From positions 32,001 to 96,000 of the forward strand of contig CAWDVP010000003.1 of the NCBI GenBank assembly GCA_963805945.1: 64,000 nt of DNA. Direction: 5' to 3'. The notes under the pieces are model-generated. The model saw only the letters and a list, made by a program, of their open reading frames with translations. It did not search any database and had not been told where the DNA came from. Source of the stretch: Vulcanimicrobiota bacterium (GTDB lineage: Bacteria; Vulcanimicrobiota; Vulcanimicrobiia; Eremiobacterales; Eremiobacteraceae). Position 1 is the first letter of the stretch. The number at the start of each line of letters is the position of its first letter. Made by a program: the position numbers and the translations under genes. Below are positions 40,375 to 50,684 of this stretch, one piece after another.

Positions 40375-41696
40375 GCGAAGAGCGGGACTTTGGACTCGCG
40401 TCCTGCGGCGATGGTGCGCTCGATCTCGGCGGCGTCCTTGGGCAGGCCGTCGCCGAGGATCTCGTGATCGCGTTCGGTGATGAGCACGTCGTCTTCGATG
40501 CGCACGCAGATGCCGGCGAAGCGCTTGTCCGCCCCGACGTCCTCGGGCACGTAGAGTCCCGGCTCGACGGTCACGACCATGCCGGCTTTCATCGGCCGCC
40601 AGTCGCCGTTCGCGCGTGTGCGGCCGACGTCGTGCACGTCGATGCCCAAGAAATGTCCGGCGCGATGCGGCAAGAACGGCTTGTGCGCCCCGCTGTCCAC
40701 CACCGCGTCGTGCGTGCCTTTCACCAGACCGAGCTCGAGCAGGCCGTCGACGAGCACGCGCTGTGACGCGCCGTCCACGTCGGTGGCGAACTTGGCGCCG
40801 GGCTTGCAGGCCGCGATCGCGGCGCGCTGGGCAGCGAGGACGATATCGTAGACCGCCCGCTGCTCGGGCGTGAACGTGCCGGAGATCGGAAACGTCCGGG
40901 TGATGTCGCCGCAGAAGTAATCGACCTCTGCGCCCGCGTCGATGAGCACGAGCGCTTTATCGGGCACCCGGTCTCGGTTGGCCGTGTAGTGCAGGCACAC
41001 CGCGTTCGCGCCGCCCGCGACGATGCTCGGATAGGCGAGCTGCGCGCCGCGGCTGATGAAGGCGTATTCGACGATCGCCTGGATCTCGTATTCGTGCATG
41101 CCCGGCCGCGCGTGCTGCATCGCCGCGAGATGGCCGGCAGCCGAGACCTCGACCGCGCGCCGCATGCCGACCACGTCGGCGGGAGACTTGATCGCGCGCA
41201 TCTCGTGCAGGATGTCGGATGGATCGAGCAGGTTGCTCGCGCCGCGGTCCACGCGCCGACGAGCCACGCGTGCGCGCAGCACGTGATCGCGGATGCGGCG
41301 CTGGAAGTCCTCGCCGCCGTTGAAGCCGTAGTAGAGATGATCCGCCGTGTCGAGCAGCTTCGGCAGGCGTTCGTCGAGCTCGGCGATCGGGTATGCCGCA
41401 TCCACGCCGAGCGCGGCGGCGGCGGCTTCGACGCCGAGGCGGCGGCCGGTCCAGATCTCGCGGTCGCGGTCGCGCGGCTGTACGAAGATGACCGTCTTCG
41501 TGTCCGGATGCGAGGGCGCGATGACGAGCACGCTGTGCGGCTCGGTGAAGCCGGTCAGATAGTAGAAGTCGGCGTCTTGCCGATACGGGTACTCCGAATC
41601 ATTGGACCGGACCGCAGGGGGTGCGCTCGGGAAGACCGCGACGGCATCCCCGATGCTCTTGGCAAATGTCGCGCGCCGGCGTTCGAATTCGGTCAT
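40371..41696 (-). CDS. pepP: Xaa-Pro aminopeptidase
   Basis: YRQDADFYYLTG, DAG, DITRT, GHFLGIDVHDVG, TVEPG, RIEDD. Confidence 0.93.
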   Translation of the reverse strand: MTEFERRRATFAKSIGDAVAVFPSAPPAVRSNDSEYPYRQDADFYYLTGFTEPHSVLVIAPSHPDTKTVIFVQPRDRDREIWTGRRLGVEAAAAALGVDAAYPIAELDERLPKLLDTADHLYYGFNGGEDFQRRIRDHVLRARVARRRVDRGASNLLDPSDILHEMRAIKSPADVVGMRRAVEVSAAGHLAAMQHARPGMHEYEIQAIVEYAFISRGAQLAYPSIVAGGANAVCLHYTANRDRVPDKALVLIDAGAEVDYFCGDITRTFPISGTFTPEQRAVYDIVLAAQRAAIAACKPGAKFATDVDGASQRVLVDGLLELGLVKGTHDAVVDSGAHKPFLPHRAGHFLGIDVHDVGRTRANGDWRPMKAGMVVTVEPGLYVPEDVGADKRFAGICVRIEDDVLITERDHEILGDGLPKDAAEIERTIAAGRESKVPLFA

Positions 41697-41706
41697 GCGT
41701 GCTTCC

Positions 41707-42546
41707 TTATAACCCGCGCGCTTGGCGCAAGTACTCGACGGTGTGTCGGATGGTGTCGCCGTCGCCCGCGTCGGGCAGCCGGCGCAGGTAGGTCTCGAGG
41801 TCCTCGATCGCGCGGTCGTAGCGGTGCAGGCGCGCGAACAGGATGCCACGATCGCGCATCTCGGTCGGATCGTCAGGATCGAGCGCGAGCTGCAGCTCGA
41901 TGGCGGCGAGCGCGGCGACGTAGTTCTTCGATTGGCTGAGGCTGTTCTTGAGGTTGAGCAGCACGCGCTTGACGATGGTGCGGTTCGGCACCGGATCGAG
42001 GAACGAATCGCGCCAGGTGATGCGCCCGCGGTAGAGCTTGTCGACGAGCGCGACGCATTCGGCCACGCCGAGGACCGCACCGCCTTGGAAGGGGTCGATG
42101 AACAGCCGGCTCGTCGGGTCGGGGAAGCGCACGACGAAGTGCCCGGGCAGGCCGACGCCTTGCAGCGTCAACCCGACGCGGCGCGCGGTCTCCATGACGA
42201 CGATCGAGAGCGAGATCGGGATGCCGATGCGGCGATCGAGGACGCTCGAGAGCAGGCTATTGCCGGGCTCGTGATACGCGCCGTGATTGGGGCGAAAGCC
42301 GCCTTCGCCGAACAGCGTGCGCACGACGCCGTCGATGAGCAGATAGGGGTCCTGCGAGCCGCCGGCGGCCATCGCCGCGCGCGCCGCGAGCGCCTCGAGC
42401 TTGCGCGTGTAGCGGTCGGGTTCGACGCCGGAATCGAACACCGCCGCGGCCAGCAGACATGCGCGGTCGAGCGGCAACTCCTCGCCCGTCTCATCGCACG
42501 CAGCGATGAGGTTGGCGAATTGCCGGGCCGGCATGAGCGGTCTCAT
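41707..42546 (-). CDS. SirB1 family transglutaminase-like/TPR protein
   Basis: VLDRRIGIPISL, GVGLPGHF, IDPF, RDRG. Confidence 0.9.
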   Translation of the reverse strand: MRPLMPARQFANLIAACDETGEELPLDRACLLAAAVFDSGVEPDRYTRKLEALAARAAMAAGGSQDPYLLIDGVVRTLFGEGGFRPNHGAYHEPGNSLLSSVLDRRIGIPISLSIVVMETARRVGLTLQGVGLPGHFVVRFPDPTSRLFIDPFQGGAVLGVAECVALVDKLYRGRITWRDSFLDPVPNRTIVKRVLLNLKNSLSQSKNYVAALAAIELQLALDPDDPTEMRDRGILFARLHRYDRAIEDLETYLRRLPDAGDGDTIRHTVEYLRQARGL

Positions 42547-42621
42547 AGGACGGCCTCCCTTCTCGGCGCTCCTCTTTCGCCCCTAGCGGAAGGCGGCCGC
42601 ATCACCAAGAAAAGCCGTCAC

Positions 42622-43779
42622 ATGCGTATCGATGCGGACCCGATGCTCGCGCGCAGAGCCGAATTTCCCATCCTCTCCACCTGCACGTATCTCATCAGCA
42701 ACTCGCTCGGCGCGATGCCCGCGCGCACCGCGGACCGGCTCGCCGAATACGCCGCGACCTGGGCGACGCGCGGCGCGGTCGCCTGGGATGAGTGGATGGG
42801 TTTGGCGGGGCGCGTCGCCGATCTGGCGGGCGGGCTCATCGGCGCAGCGCCCGGCGAGACGACGATGATGCAGAACGTATCGCAGTGCGAATCCGTGCTC
42901 ATCTCATGCTTGGATTTCTCCGGGCCGCGCAACAAGGTCGTCTACACCGAGCTCGAGTTCCCGACCGTCCACTACGATTGGCAGGCGCAGACGCGGCGCG
43001 GCGCGCGCATCGAGGTGGTGCCCAGCGCCGACGGCATCTCGGTCGACCCGCAGGCGATCTGCGACGCCATCGACGAGCGCACCATCGCCGTGCCGATCTC
43101 GCACGTGCTCTTCCGTTCGAGCGCGCTGTGCGACATCGCGCCGATCGTCGAGAAGGCGCATCGCGTCGGCGCGTACGTCTTCCTCGACGTGTTCCAATCG
43201 GTCGGCAGCGTGCCGATCGATGTGAGGGCGCTCGGCGTGGACGCGTGCGTCGGCGGTTGCCTCAAGTGGCTGTGCGGGGGGCCGGGCGCCGCGTTTCTCT
43301 GGGTGCGCCCCGACCTGTATGCGACCCTCGTGCCGACGATGGTCGGCTGGTTCGGCCACAAGCGACCGTTCGATTTCGACATGGCGGCTTTCGAGCCGGC
43401 CGACGATGCGTGGCGCTTCGCCGGCGGCACGTCGAACATCCCCGCGCTGTACGCCGCGCGCAGCGGGCTCGAGATCATCGGCGAGGTCGGCGTGGAGAAC
43501 ATCCGCGCGCGCAGCGTCGAGCTGACGTCCTTCGCGATCGAGCGCGCGCTGGCGGCGGGGTTCTCCGTGCGCACGCCGTTGCCGGCGAGCGAGCGCGGTG
43601 GACACGTGACGGTCGACCTGCCTGATGCCCGCCGCGCCTGCGACGAACTGATCCGGCGCGGCTTCATCGTCGACTATCGTCCGCTCGCCGGCATCCGCAT
43701 CGCACCGCACTTCTACAACAGCCGCGATGAGGTGGCGGCGGTCTTCGACGAATTGGCGGCGATCCGCGATGGCCGTTGA
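42622..43779 (+). CDS. Kynureninase-like class V PLP enzyme
   Basis: NSLG, LDVFQSVG, GGCLKWLCGGPG, GWFGH, DYRP..IRIAPHFYN. Confidence 0.85.
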   Translation: MRIDADPMLARRAEFPILSTCTYLISNSLGAMPARTADRLAEYAATWATRGAVAWDEWMGLAGRVADLAGGLIGAAPGETTMMQNVSQCESVLISCLDFSGPRNKVVYTELEFPTVHYDWQAQTRRGARIEVVPSADGISVDPQAICDAIDERTIAVPISHVLFRSSALCDIAPIVEKAHRVGAYVFLDVFQSVGSVPIDVRALGVDACVGGCLKWLCGGPGAAFLWVRPDLYATLVPTMVGWFGHKRPFDFDMAAFEPADDAWRFAGGTSNIPALYAARSGLEIIGEVGVENIRARSVELTSFAIERALAAGFSVRTPLPASERGGHVTVDLPDARRACDELIRRGFIVDYRPLAGIRIAPHFYNSRDEVAAVFDELAAIRDGR

Positions 43780-45028
43780 CGTCGTCGTCGTCGGCGCCGG
43801 GCCGGGCGGCTCGGCCGCCGCGCATTGGCTCGCGCGAGCGGGCGCGAAGGTCGCGCTGCTCGAGCGCGCACGCTTTCCGCGCGACAAGAGCTGCGGCGAC
43901 GGCATCACCGCGCACGCGGTCGACATCCTCGCCGACATGGGCGTCGGCTTCGAGTCCTTCGGCGGCAAAGGCGCGCGCACGTTCGGCGGTTTGATCGGCG
44001 GTCCCGGCGGCGGTTCGTTCGCTGCTGCGCCGCCGCCCGATGCGAACGGCGCGCGTGTGGAGTGCTGGGTCGTGCCGCGCACGCTGTTGGACGAGACGCT
44101 CGCACGCGCGGCCGTTGCGGCTGGCGCATCGCTGCGCGAGGAGACGGTCTTCACCGGCCTCGTGCGGCGCGACGGCGCGGTATGCGGCGTCGAGTATGCG
44201 GATAGTCGCGGCGGCGGGCGGATCGACTGCGCGCTGGTCATCGGCGCCGACGGCGCGCACTCCGCGGTCGCGCACGCGCTTGGGCTGGCGGAGAACCGGC
44301 CCGCGCATCTCGGCTACGCGCTGCGCGGTTACTACGCCGGGGTCGAAGGCCTCAGCGACACACTCGAGATCTACTACCACGACCGGCACAACTTGCCTGG
44401 CTACGGGTGGATCTTCCCCGCCGGCGACGGCCTCGCCAACATCGGCATCGGCATCTTCTCCGGCGAGCTGCGCCGATCGAAGAAGAAGATGCGCGGATTG
44501 CTCGAGGACTTTCTCGTCGCGACGCCGGCCATCGCGCAGCGCTGCCGCGCCGCCACGCCGGTCGGCCGCGCCATCGGCTGGCCGCTGCCGATGGCGAGCT
44601 CGCATCGGCCGACGGTCTTCGACGGCGTGCTGCTGGTCGGGGATGCCGCCTCGCTCGTCGACCCGCTCACCGGCGAGGGGATCTACACCGCGCTCGTGTC
44701 CGGCCGCAGCGCCGCGCGGGCGGCGCTCCACGCGCTCGCTGTCGGCAGCACGACGCGCGATGCGCTGCGCTCGCACGAACGCGAGTGGCGCGCGGAAGCG
44801 GGAGGCTATCTCTCGTCGGGGCGGCTGCTCAAGAACTTGGCCAAGAGCGCGACGCTGCTCGACCTCGTCGTGCGCCGCGCAGGGGAGAGCGAATACTACG
44901 CGAGCAGGGCCATCGGCTATGGCTTGGGCACGCTGGACCGCCGGCGGGCGCTGCGCTCGATCGTGTTGAAGGCGCTCTTACAGCCCTCATTCTTCAGCCT
45001 GAAACCTTTGCGTCAATCGCCGATATAG
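43769..45028 (+). CDS. Geranylgeranyl reductase family FAD oxidoreductase
   Basis: VVVGAGPGG, RDKSCGDG, GYGWIFP, GDAA...P.TGEGI. Confidence 0.9.
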   Translation: MAVDVVVVGAGPGGSAAAHWLARAGAKVALLERARFPRDKSCGDGITAHAVDILADMGVGFESFGGKGARTFGGLIGGPGGGSFAAAPPPDANGARVECWVVPRTLLDETLARAAVAAGASLREETVFTGLVRRDGAVCGVEYADSRGGGRIDCALVIGADGAHSAVAHALGLAENRPAHLGYALRGYYAGVEGLSDTLEIYYHDRHNLPGYGWIFPAGDGLANIGIGIFSGELRRSKKKMRGLLEDFLVATPAIAQRCRAATPVGRAIGWPLPMASSHRPTVFDGVLLVGDAASLVDPLTGEGIYTALVSGRSAARAALHALAVGSTTRDALRSHEREWRAEAGGYLSSGRLLKNLAKSATLLDLVVRRAGESEYYASRAIGYGLGTLDRRRALRSIVLKALLQPSFFSLKPLRQSPI

Positions 45029-45037
45029 AGAGATGCC

Positions 45038-45475
45038 ATGAACGACGAGCCGCAGCCCTCACTGCCCCCCGTTGAGCCCGCGCCCTCTGCCGCGCCTGCG
45101 CCGGCGGCCGTCGAACGTCCGCCGGTAGATGCGAGCGTCGCGGAAGCCCGCACGTGGGCGATGCTCACGCATCTGTCAGCGCTCACCGGCTTCATCGGCG
45201 TGCCGTTCGGCCACGTCATCGGCCCGCTCATCATGTGGGCGATCAAGAAAGACAAATTCCCGTTCGTCGACGATCAAGGGAAAGAGGCGCTCAACTTCCA
45301 GATCTCGATGACCATCTACGGCGCGGTCGCGGGCGTGCTGTGCTTCGTGGTCATCGGCATCCCATTGCTCATCGCGCTCGTGATCACCGACGTCATCCTG
45401 ACCGTCATCGCGGCGATCGCCGCGAACGAGGGCAAGACGTACCGCTACCCGATCACCATCCGCCTCGTCACCTAG
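45038..45475 (+). CDS. DUF4870 family membrane protein
   Basis: WAMLTHLS, GPLIMW, KEALNFQI, YRYP. Confidence 0.9.
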   Translation: MNDEPQPSLPPVEPAPSAAPAPAAVERPPVDASVAEARTWAMLTHLSALTGFIGVPFGHVIGPLIMWAIKKDKFPFVDDQGKEALNFQISMTIYGAVAGVLCFVVIGIPLLIALVITDVILTVIAAIAANEGKTYRYPITIRLVT

Positions 45476-46127
45476 TCCTCTTCGGCTTCGCCGCCTTCAG
45501 GAAACGCTTCGCGCTCGGGCACAGGTCCACGAGCACGCATGTGGCGCACGCCGGCATGCGCGCGTGGCACACGCGGCGGCCGTGATGGATGAGCCAGTGG
45601 TGCGCATCCGACCACTCGGCTTGCGGCACGATCTTCATCAACTGCTGTTCGGTCTGCGCGGGCGTCTTCGCGCGCGCGAGGCCGGTGCGGTTGGCGACGC
45701 GAAAGACATGCGTGTCCACCGCGATCGCGTCGCGGTCGAAGCCGACCGAGAGCACGACGTTCGCGGTCTTGCGTCCGACGCCCGGCAGCGCCAGCAAGTC
45801 GTCCATCGTGTTGGGCACCGCGCCGCCGAAGCGCTCCACGATCATGCGGCTCGCAGCGACGATGTTCTTGGCCTTGGTGGTGAAGAGCCCACACGTCCGG
45901 ATGAACGGTTCGAGATCGTGCGGCTCGAGCGCGGCCATCGCCTCGGCGGTCGGGAAACGCGCGAACAGCGCAGGCGTCACCATGTTGACGCGCGCGTCGG
46001 TGCACTGCGCGGACAGCATCACCGCGACGAGCAGCTGGAACGTGTCGCCGAAATGCAGCGCGGTCTCCGCGCCGGCGTACTCTCTGCGCAGCCGGTCGAG
46101 GATCGCCTGCGTCCGCTGCGGACTTGG
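45468..46127 (-). CDS. nth: Endonuclease III; no canonical start codon for the conserved N-terminus
   Basis: LSAQCTD, LPGVGRKTANVV, VDTHVFRV, C-X6-C-X2-C-X5-C. Homology extends 35 codons upstream of the first GTG, up to the upstream gene's TGA. Confidence 0.9.
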   Translation of the reverse strand, partial: PSPQRTQAILDRLRREYAGAETALHFGDTFQLLVAVMLSAQCTDARVNMVTPALFARFPTAEAMAALEPHDLEPFIRTCGLFTTKAKNIVAASRMIVERFGGAVPNTMDDLLALPGVGRKTANVVLSVGFDRDAIAVDTHVFRVANRTGLARAKTPAQTEQQLMKIVPQAEWSDAHHWLIHHGRRVCHARMPACATCVLVDLCPSAKRFLKAAKPKRTR

Positions 46128-47024
46128 TCAGGGCAGGCGGACGCGCGCCTTGTTCCGGTCGAAGACGACGAGTCCGTCGCGTTCGAGATCGTCGAGCAGT
46201 TGGGCGAGCCACGCGATGTCGGTTTTGCCAAAGTCGGCCTTCACCTGCGGCCCCAGCCGCAGCAGGCTCATGCTCGGGCGCCGCGTGAGCGCCCGGATCG
46301 CCGCGCCGCGGTGCTGCCGTCGCGAACCGCGATACGCGCGCTGACGCGGTCGTCGCGCGACGCGCGCTCGTCGCTGGCGCTGCGCGTCGGACAGGGCCAC
46401 CCAGGCGCATGCGCGCTGCGCTGGGCACCCGCCGCACAGCGGCGTCGCACGGCAGAAGAGCGCGCCGATATCCATGAGCGCGTGGTTCCACGCAGCCGCG
46501 TCGCGCGGCAGCGCCGCGTGCGCCAGCCCCCACGCCTTGCGATCGCCGGCGTCGTCGACCGCGAGCAGCGCGCGCGACAGCACACGCCGGATGTTCACGT
46601 CGACGGCCGCCTCTGCGGCGCCGAAGGCGAAGCTCGCGACCGCGGCCGCGGTGTAGCGGCCGACGCCGGGCAGTCCGCGCAGCGCGGCGACGTCGCGCGG
46701 CACGCGGCCGCTGTGCTCGCGCATGATGGCGCGCGCGCATTCCCACAAGCGCCGCGCGCGCGAGTTATAGCCGAGCCCCGACCACGCGTGGAGCACGTCG
46801 CGCAGCGGGGCGGCGGCGAGCCGCGCGATGGTCGGGAAACGCGCGAGGAACTCGCGGTACTTGGGGATGACGCGCGCGACCTGCGTCTGCTGCAGCATGA
46901 ACTCGGAGACGAGGATGGCGTATGGGTCGCGGGTGCGCCGCCATGGCAGGTCACGCCCGTGGCGGGCGTACCAGCCGAGGATCGACTTGTGTAGGGGCCG
47001 ATCTTTAGATCGGCCCGGAGCCAA
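46128..47024 (-). CDS. mutY: A/G-specific adenine glycosylase, short form without NUDIX-like domain
   Basis: RDLPWR, SEFMLQQTQV, WSGLGY, LPGVGRYTA, 4Fe-4S cysteines. Start uncertain (TTG 47024, between two REPs). Confidence 0.88.
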   Translation of the reverse strand: MAPGRSKDRPLHKSILGWYARHGRDLPWRRTRDPYAILVSEFMLQQTQVARVIPKYREFLARFPTIARLAAAPLRDVLHAWSGLGYNSRARRLWECARAIMREHSGRVPRDVAALRGLPGVGRYTAAAVASFAFGAAEAAVDVNIRRVLSRALLAVDDAGDRKAWGLAHAALPRDAAAWNHALMDIGALFCRATPLCGGCPAQRACAWVALSDAQRQRRARVARRPRQRAYRGSRRQHRGAAIRALTRRPSMSLLRLGPQVKADFGKTDIAWLAQLLDDLERDGLVVFDRNKARVRLP

Positions 47025-47061
47025 CGCAGACGAGGGTCGATCTAAAGATCGACCCGCTACA
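46990..47061. repeat. Inverted REP doublet (REPIN-like)
   Basis: TGTAGGGGCCGATCTTTAGATCGGCCC (plus) and TGTAGCGGGTCGATCTTTAGATCGACCC (minus). Confidence 0.85.
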
Positions 47062-47070
47062 TGGGTGTTC

Positions 47071-47853
47071 CTAGATGGTGATCGAGCCTTCAAGGTACAG
47101 CGCCGCGCGCCCGCCGATCGCCACTCGGTCGCCGAGATCCTCGCAGAACACCTCGCCGCCGCGCGGCGAGAGCTGGAGCCCACGTAACGGGTTGCGATCG
47201 AGCCGCTTGGACCAGTACGGGATGAGCGTGCAGTGCGCGGAGCCGGTGACCGGATCCTCGGGGATGCCCTGGCGCGGCGCGAAGAAGCGGGAGACGAAAT
47301 CCGCGTCGGAGCCGGGCGCGGTGCAGATGAGCGCGCGCACGTTGTCGATGCCTGCGAGCAGCGCCATGTCCGGTTTGAGCGCGCGGATGTCCGCTTCGGT
47401 CTCGTACACCGCCATATAATCGGCGGCGATCAGCACAGACGTGGGCTTGACGTTGAGCGCTTGAAGCAGCGCCGCGGGCGGCTCGCACGGCTTCGGAGGG
47501 CGCGCCGGGAAGTTCATCATCAGCGTCAGGTCCTGCGCCTTCACCTCAAGCGCTCCGCTCTTGGAGGTGAACGTCACCGAGGTGCGGCCGGGCTCGAGCC
47601 GGTTGAAGACCGCGAACGCGCTCGCCAGCGTCGCGTGGCCGCAGAGTTCGACCTCGACGGCTGGCGTGAACCAGCGGATCCCGTATTGCGTTCCTTCCTG
47701 CACGAGAAACGCCGTTTCGGAGAGGTTGTTCTCGAGTGCGATCGACTGCAACACCGCGTCGGGCAGCCACGCGGGCAGCGGCACCACCGCCGCGGGATTG
47801 CCGCCGAAGACGCGGCCGCTGAAGGCATCGATTTGGTAGAGCGGAAGTTTCAT
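47071..47853 (-). CDS. PhzF family isomerase/epimerase
   Basis: GGNPAAV, SETAF, ELCGHATL, EDPVTGSA. Confidence 0.95.
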   Translation of the reverse strand: MKLPLYQIDAFSGRVFGGNPAAVVPLPAWLPDAVLQSIALENNLSETAFLVQEGTQYGIRWFTPAVEVELCGHATLASAFAVFNRLEPGRTSVTFTSKSGALEVKAQDLTLMMNFPARPPKPCEPPAALLQALNVKPTSVLIAADYMAVYETEADIRALKPDMALLAGIDNVRALICTAPGSDADFVSRFFAPRQGIPEDPVTGSAHCTLIPYWSKRLDRNPLRGLQLSPRGGEVFCEDLGDRVAIGGRAALYLEGSITI

Positions 47854-47888
47854 TTGGGTTTCGACTTCGCTCCGGCGCGACGGGAATC

Positions 47889-47930
47889 CCCGAGCTTCGC
47901 TCGGACGGTCGAATAAATTCGACCGCTACA
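47889..47930 (-). repeat. REP-like palindrome plus adjacent partial palindrome
   Basis: TGTAGCGGTCGAATTTATTCGACCG (47906-47930) next to CCGAGCGAAGCTCGGG. Confidence 0.8.
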
Positions 47931-47973
47931 ACCGTACTAAGCTTTGACCGTTCCCGACGGACGAATGGAGACA

Positions 47974-48786
47974 ATGAGCGCACGCATCTGGCTCGGCGCG
48001 ATGGGCTGGCAAGAGAAAGACTGGGTCGGTCCGTTCTATCCGGACGGCGCGGCCGGCAAGAACATGCTCGCGCACTACGGCCGCGCGCTGAAGACCGTCG
48101 AGATCGATTCGTCGTTTTACGGCCGGCCGCGCGCGTCGAGCATCGAAGAATGGGGCGCGGCCGTGCCGGACAGTTTCCGCTTCGCGCTCAAAGTGCCGTC
48201 CGAGGTCACGCACAAACGCCGTTTCAAGGATGCCGGCGAGCCGTTCCGTTTCTTCGTCGAGCGCGTGCGCGGCCTCGGGACGAAGCTCGGCGCGATCCTG
48301 CTGCAATGCCCGCCGGACTTCGCGCCGAGCGCCGGCAACCGCAGCAAGCTCTTCGAGTTCCTCGAGACGCAGCTGCCCGACGATGTCAACGTCGCGCTCG
48401 AGCTACGCGACGCGGGCTGGTTCGACGACGCGCTGTTCGGGCTCGCGCGCGATAAGCGTTTTGCGATAGCGGCCACCGAGAGCGAGCGTTTCGACGTCGC
48501 ATTGGCGGCCGACATCCTCGAGCGCCAGCGCGGCGGCGCGCCGTTCGCGTATCTGCGTTGGATGAGTGACGAGCAGTTCGAGCACTTCGATCGCATCCGC
48601 ATCGATCGCACGGCATCGCTCGACGCGTGGACGGCGCTCATCGAGCGCATCCGCGGCGAACTGACGGATATCTACGGATACGTCAGCGATGATTACGCGG
48701 GGCACGCGCCGGCGACGATCCGCGACCTGCTCGCCCGGCTCGGCGAAGCCGCGCCGACCGACATCACCACCCCGCGGCTCTTCTAA
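47974..48786 (+). CDS. DUF72 family protein
   Basis: GW...W.G.FYP, TVEIDSSFY, FRFALKVP, LLQCPP.F, ELR..W. Confidence 0.93.
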   Translation: MSARIWLGAMGWQEKDWVGPFYPDGAAGKNMLAHYGRALKTVEIDSSFYGRPRASSIEEWGAAVPDSFRFALKVPSEVTHKRRFKDAGEPFRFFVERVRGLGTKLGAILLQCPPDFAPSAGNRSKLFEFLETQLPDDVNVALELRDAGWFDDALFGLARDKRFAIAATESERFDVALAADILERQRGGAPFAYLRWMSDEQFEHFDRIRIDRTASLDAWTALIERIRGELTDIYGYVSDDYAGHAPATIRDLLARLGEAAPTDITTPRLF

Positions 48787-48859
48787 CGCAGGCACAGCGC
48801 CGCGACTGTTGGAATGACACAGGATAGCCGATAGAGTCGACAAAGGCAGATATCTGAAG

Positions 48860-50647
48860 TTGATAGTGAATGAGATCGAGGTGCTCTTCGGCGGCCAAGC
48901 CGGAGACGGCAGCCTCACCACCGGCGATCTGATCGCCACCGTCTTCAAGCGCATGGGCCTGGACGTGTACACGTTCAAGGACTTCCCTTCGCGCATCCGC
49001 GGCGGCCACACCAACTACGTCATCCGCGCCGGGCGAACATCCGCACTACGGCCTCGCCGACTTCGTCGACGCGCTGGTCGCGTTCGACCTCGAGTGCGTG
49101 CAGAAGCACATCGAGGAGATGCGCCCCGGCGGCTTCGTCATCTTCGACAACACCGACGAACAGCTCACCGATGCGGTGAAGCGCGACGACGTGCACTTCT
49201 ACGAAGTGCCGCTCGCCAAGATCGCGAAAGAAGATCTCGGGCTCGAACTCGTGCGCAACACCATCTCGCTCGGCGTGCTGAGCCAGCTCATCGGCATGGA
49301 TCCGGCGATCGTGCGGACGACGTCATCACGCGCCAGTACGAGCGCAAAGGCGAGAAGGTCGTCGACGCAGAACATCGCGCGCGATCGAGGCCGGCGAGCA
49401 GTACGTCAAAGACCATTTCCCGCGGCCGAGCGGCTACGGCTTGTCGGCACGCCCCGACGTCGATCGCCTCATCATGATGGGCAACGACGCGATCGCGCTA
49501 CGGCGCGCTCGTCGGCCGGCTGCCGCTTCATGGCCGGCTATCCGATCACGCCCGCGACCGACATCCTCGAATGGATGGCCAAGCACGCGCCCAAGTTCGG
49601 CGGCGTGGTGATGCAGGCCGAAGACGAGCTCGCCGCCATCAACATGATCATCGGCGCGGCGTTTGCGGGCACGCGCGCGATGACCTCGACCTCGGGCCCC
49701 GGCCAAGCGCTCATGACCGAAGGCATCGGCCTGGCCGGCGTGACTGGAGATCGCCGATCGTCATCGTCGAATGCGCGCGCGCCGGTCCGTCGACCGGCAT
49801 GCCGACGAAGACCGAGCAGAGCAATCTCAACCATCTCATCTTCTCCGGACACGGCGAGATCCCGAAAGTCGTGCTCGCGCCGGGCACCGTCGAAGAATCG
49901 TTCTATCTCACCGTCACGGCGTTCAACCTCGCCGAGAAGTACCAGCTGCCGGTGTTCATCATCAGCGAGCAGGCGCTGTGCCAGAGCAAGGAGACGCTGC
50001 CGAAGATCGACATCAGCGCGGTGACCGGTCGATCGCGGCAAGCTGCATCGCAACGGCCCGCTCACCTTCGGCGAATACAAGCGCTTCGAGTTCACCGCCG
50101 ACGGCGTCTCGCCGCGCGCCATCCCGGGCACCGAAGGCGGCATGCACCTCGTGCCGGGCTCCGAGCACAACGATGCCGGCGTCATCACCGAGGATGCGCG
50201 CAACCGCGTCAAGATCATGGACAAGCGGATGCGCAAGCTCGAGACGATGCGCGCCGACCTGCCCAAGGCGAACGTGCTCGGCGACACGCGCGCCAAGGTC
50301 GCGTTCATCGGCTACGGCAGCAACCGCGGGCCGATCTCCGAAGCGCAGGACCGGCTCGCCGCGGCGGGTACGCCGACGCGCTTCCTGCAGCTGCGCACGC
50401 TGTGGCCGTTCCCCGAGCAGACAGGTGCGCGACTTCGTCGCCGGCGCCGAGCACGTCTTCGTCGTCGAGAACAACTATCACGGGGCAGCTCGAGCGGCTG
50501 GTCCGCTACGTCGTCGGGCCGCTGCCGCACATGCACCGCGTGCTCAAGTACAACGGCCGGCCGTTCCGGCCGATCGAGATCATCGAGCCGGTCCAGGGCG
50601 TCATGCCGCATCGAACGGCCCCACGTCCGCGCGCACCACATCTGTAG
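48860..50647 (+). CDS. korA: 2-oxoacid:ferredoxin oxidoreductase alpha subunit, multiple 1-nt frameshifts
   Basis: GGQAGDG, SRIRGGH, MGNDAIA, YPITPA, QAEDE, TSGPG, GPSTGMPTK spread over several frames. End approximate. Confidence 0.85.
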
Positions 50648-50684
50648 CGGCGACGTTAGTCCGACTAGTGGCAGGACGACGTAA

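Noticed and set aside
41722..42621. Apparent 300-aa N-terminal extension of the kynureninase-like ORF
   Set aside because: It is the antisense of the SirB1 gene; the real start is near 42622.
46128..46130. UGA as a selenocysteine codon
   Set aside because: Not at a catalytic Cys position, and I could not identify a convincing bacterial SECIS.
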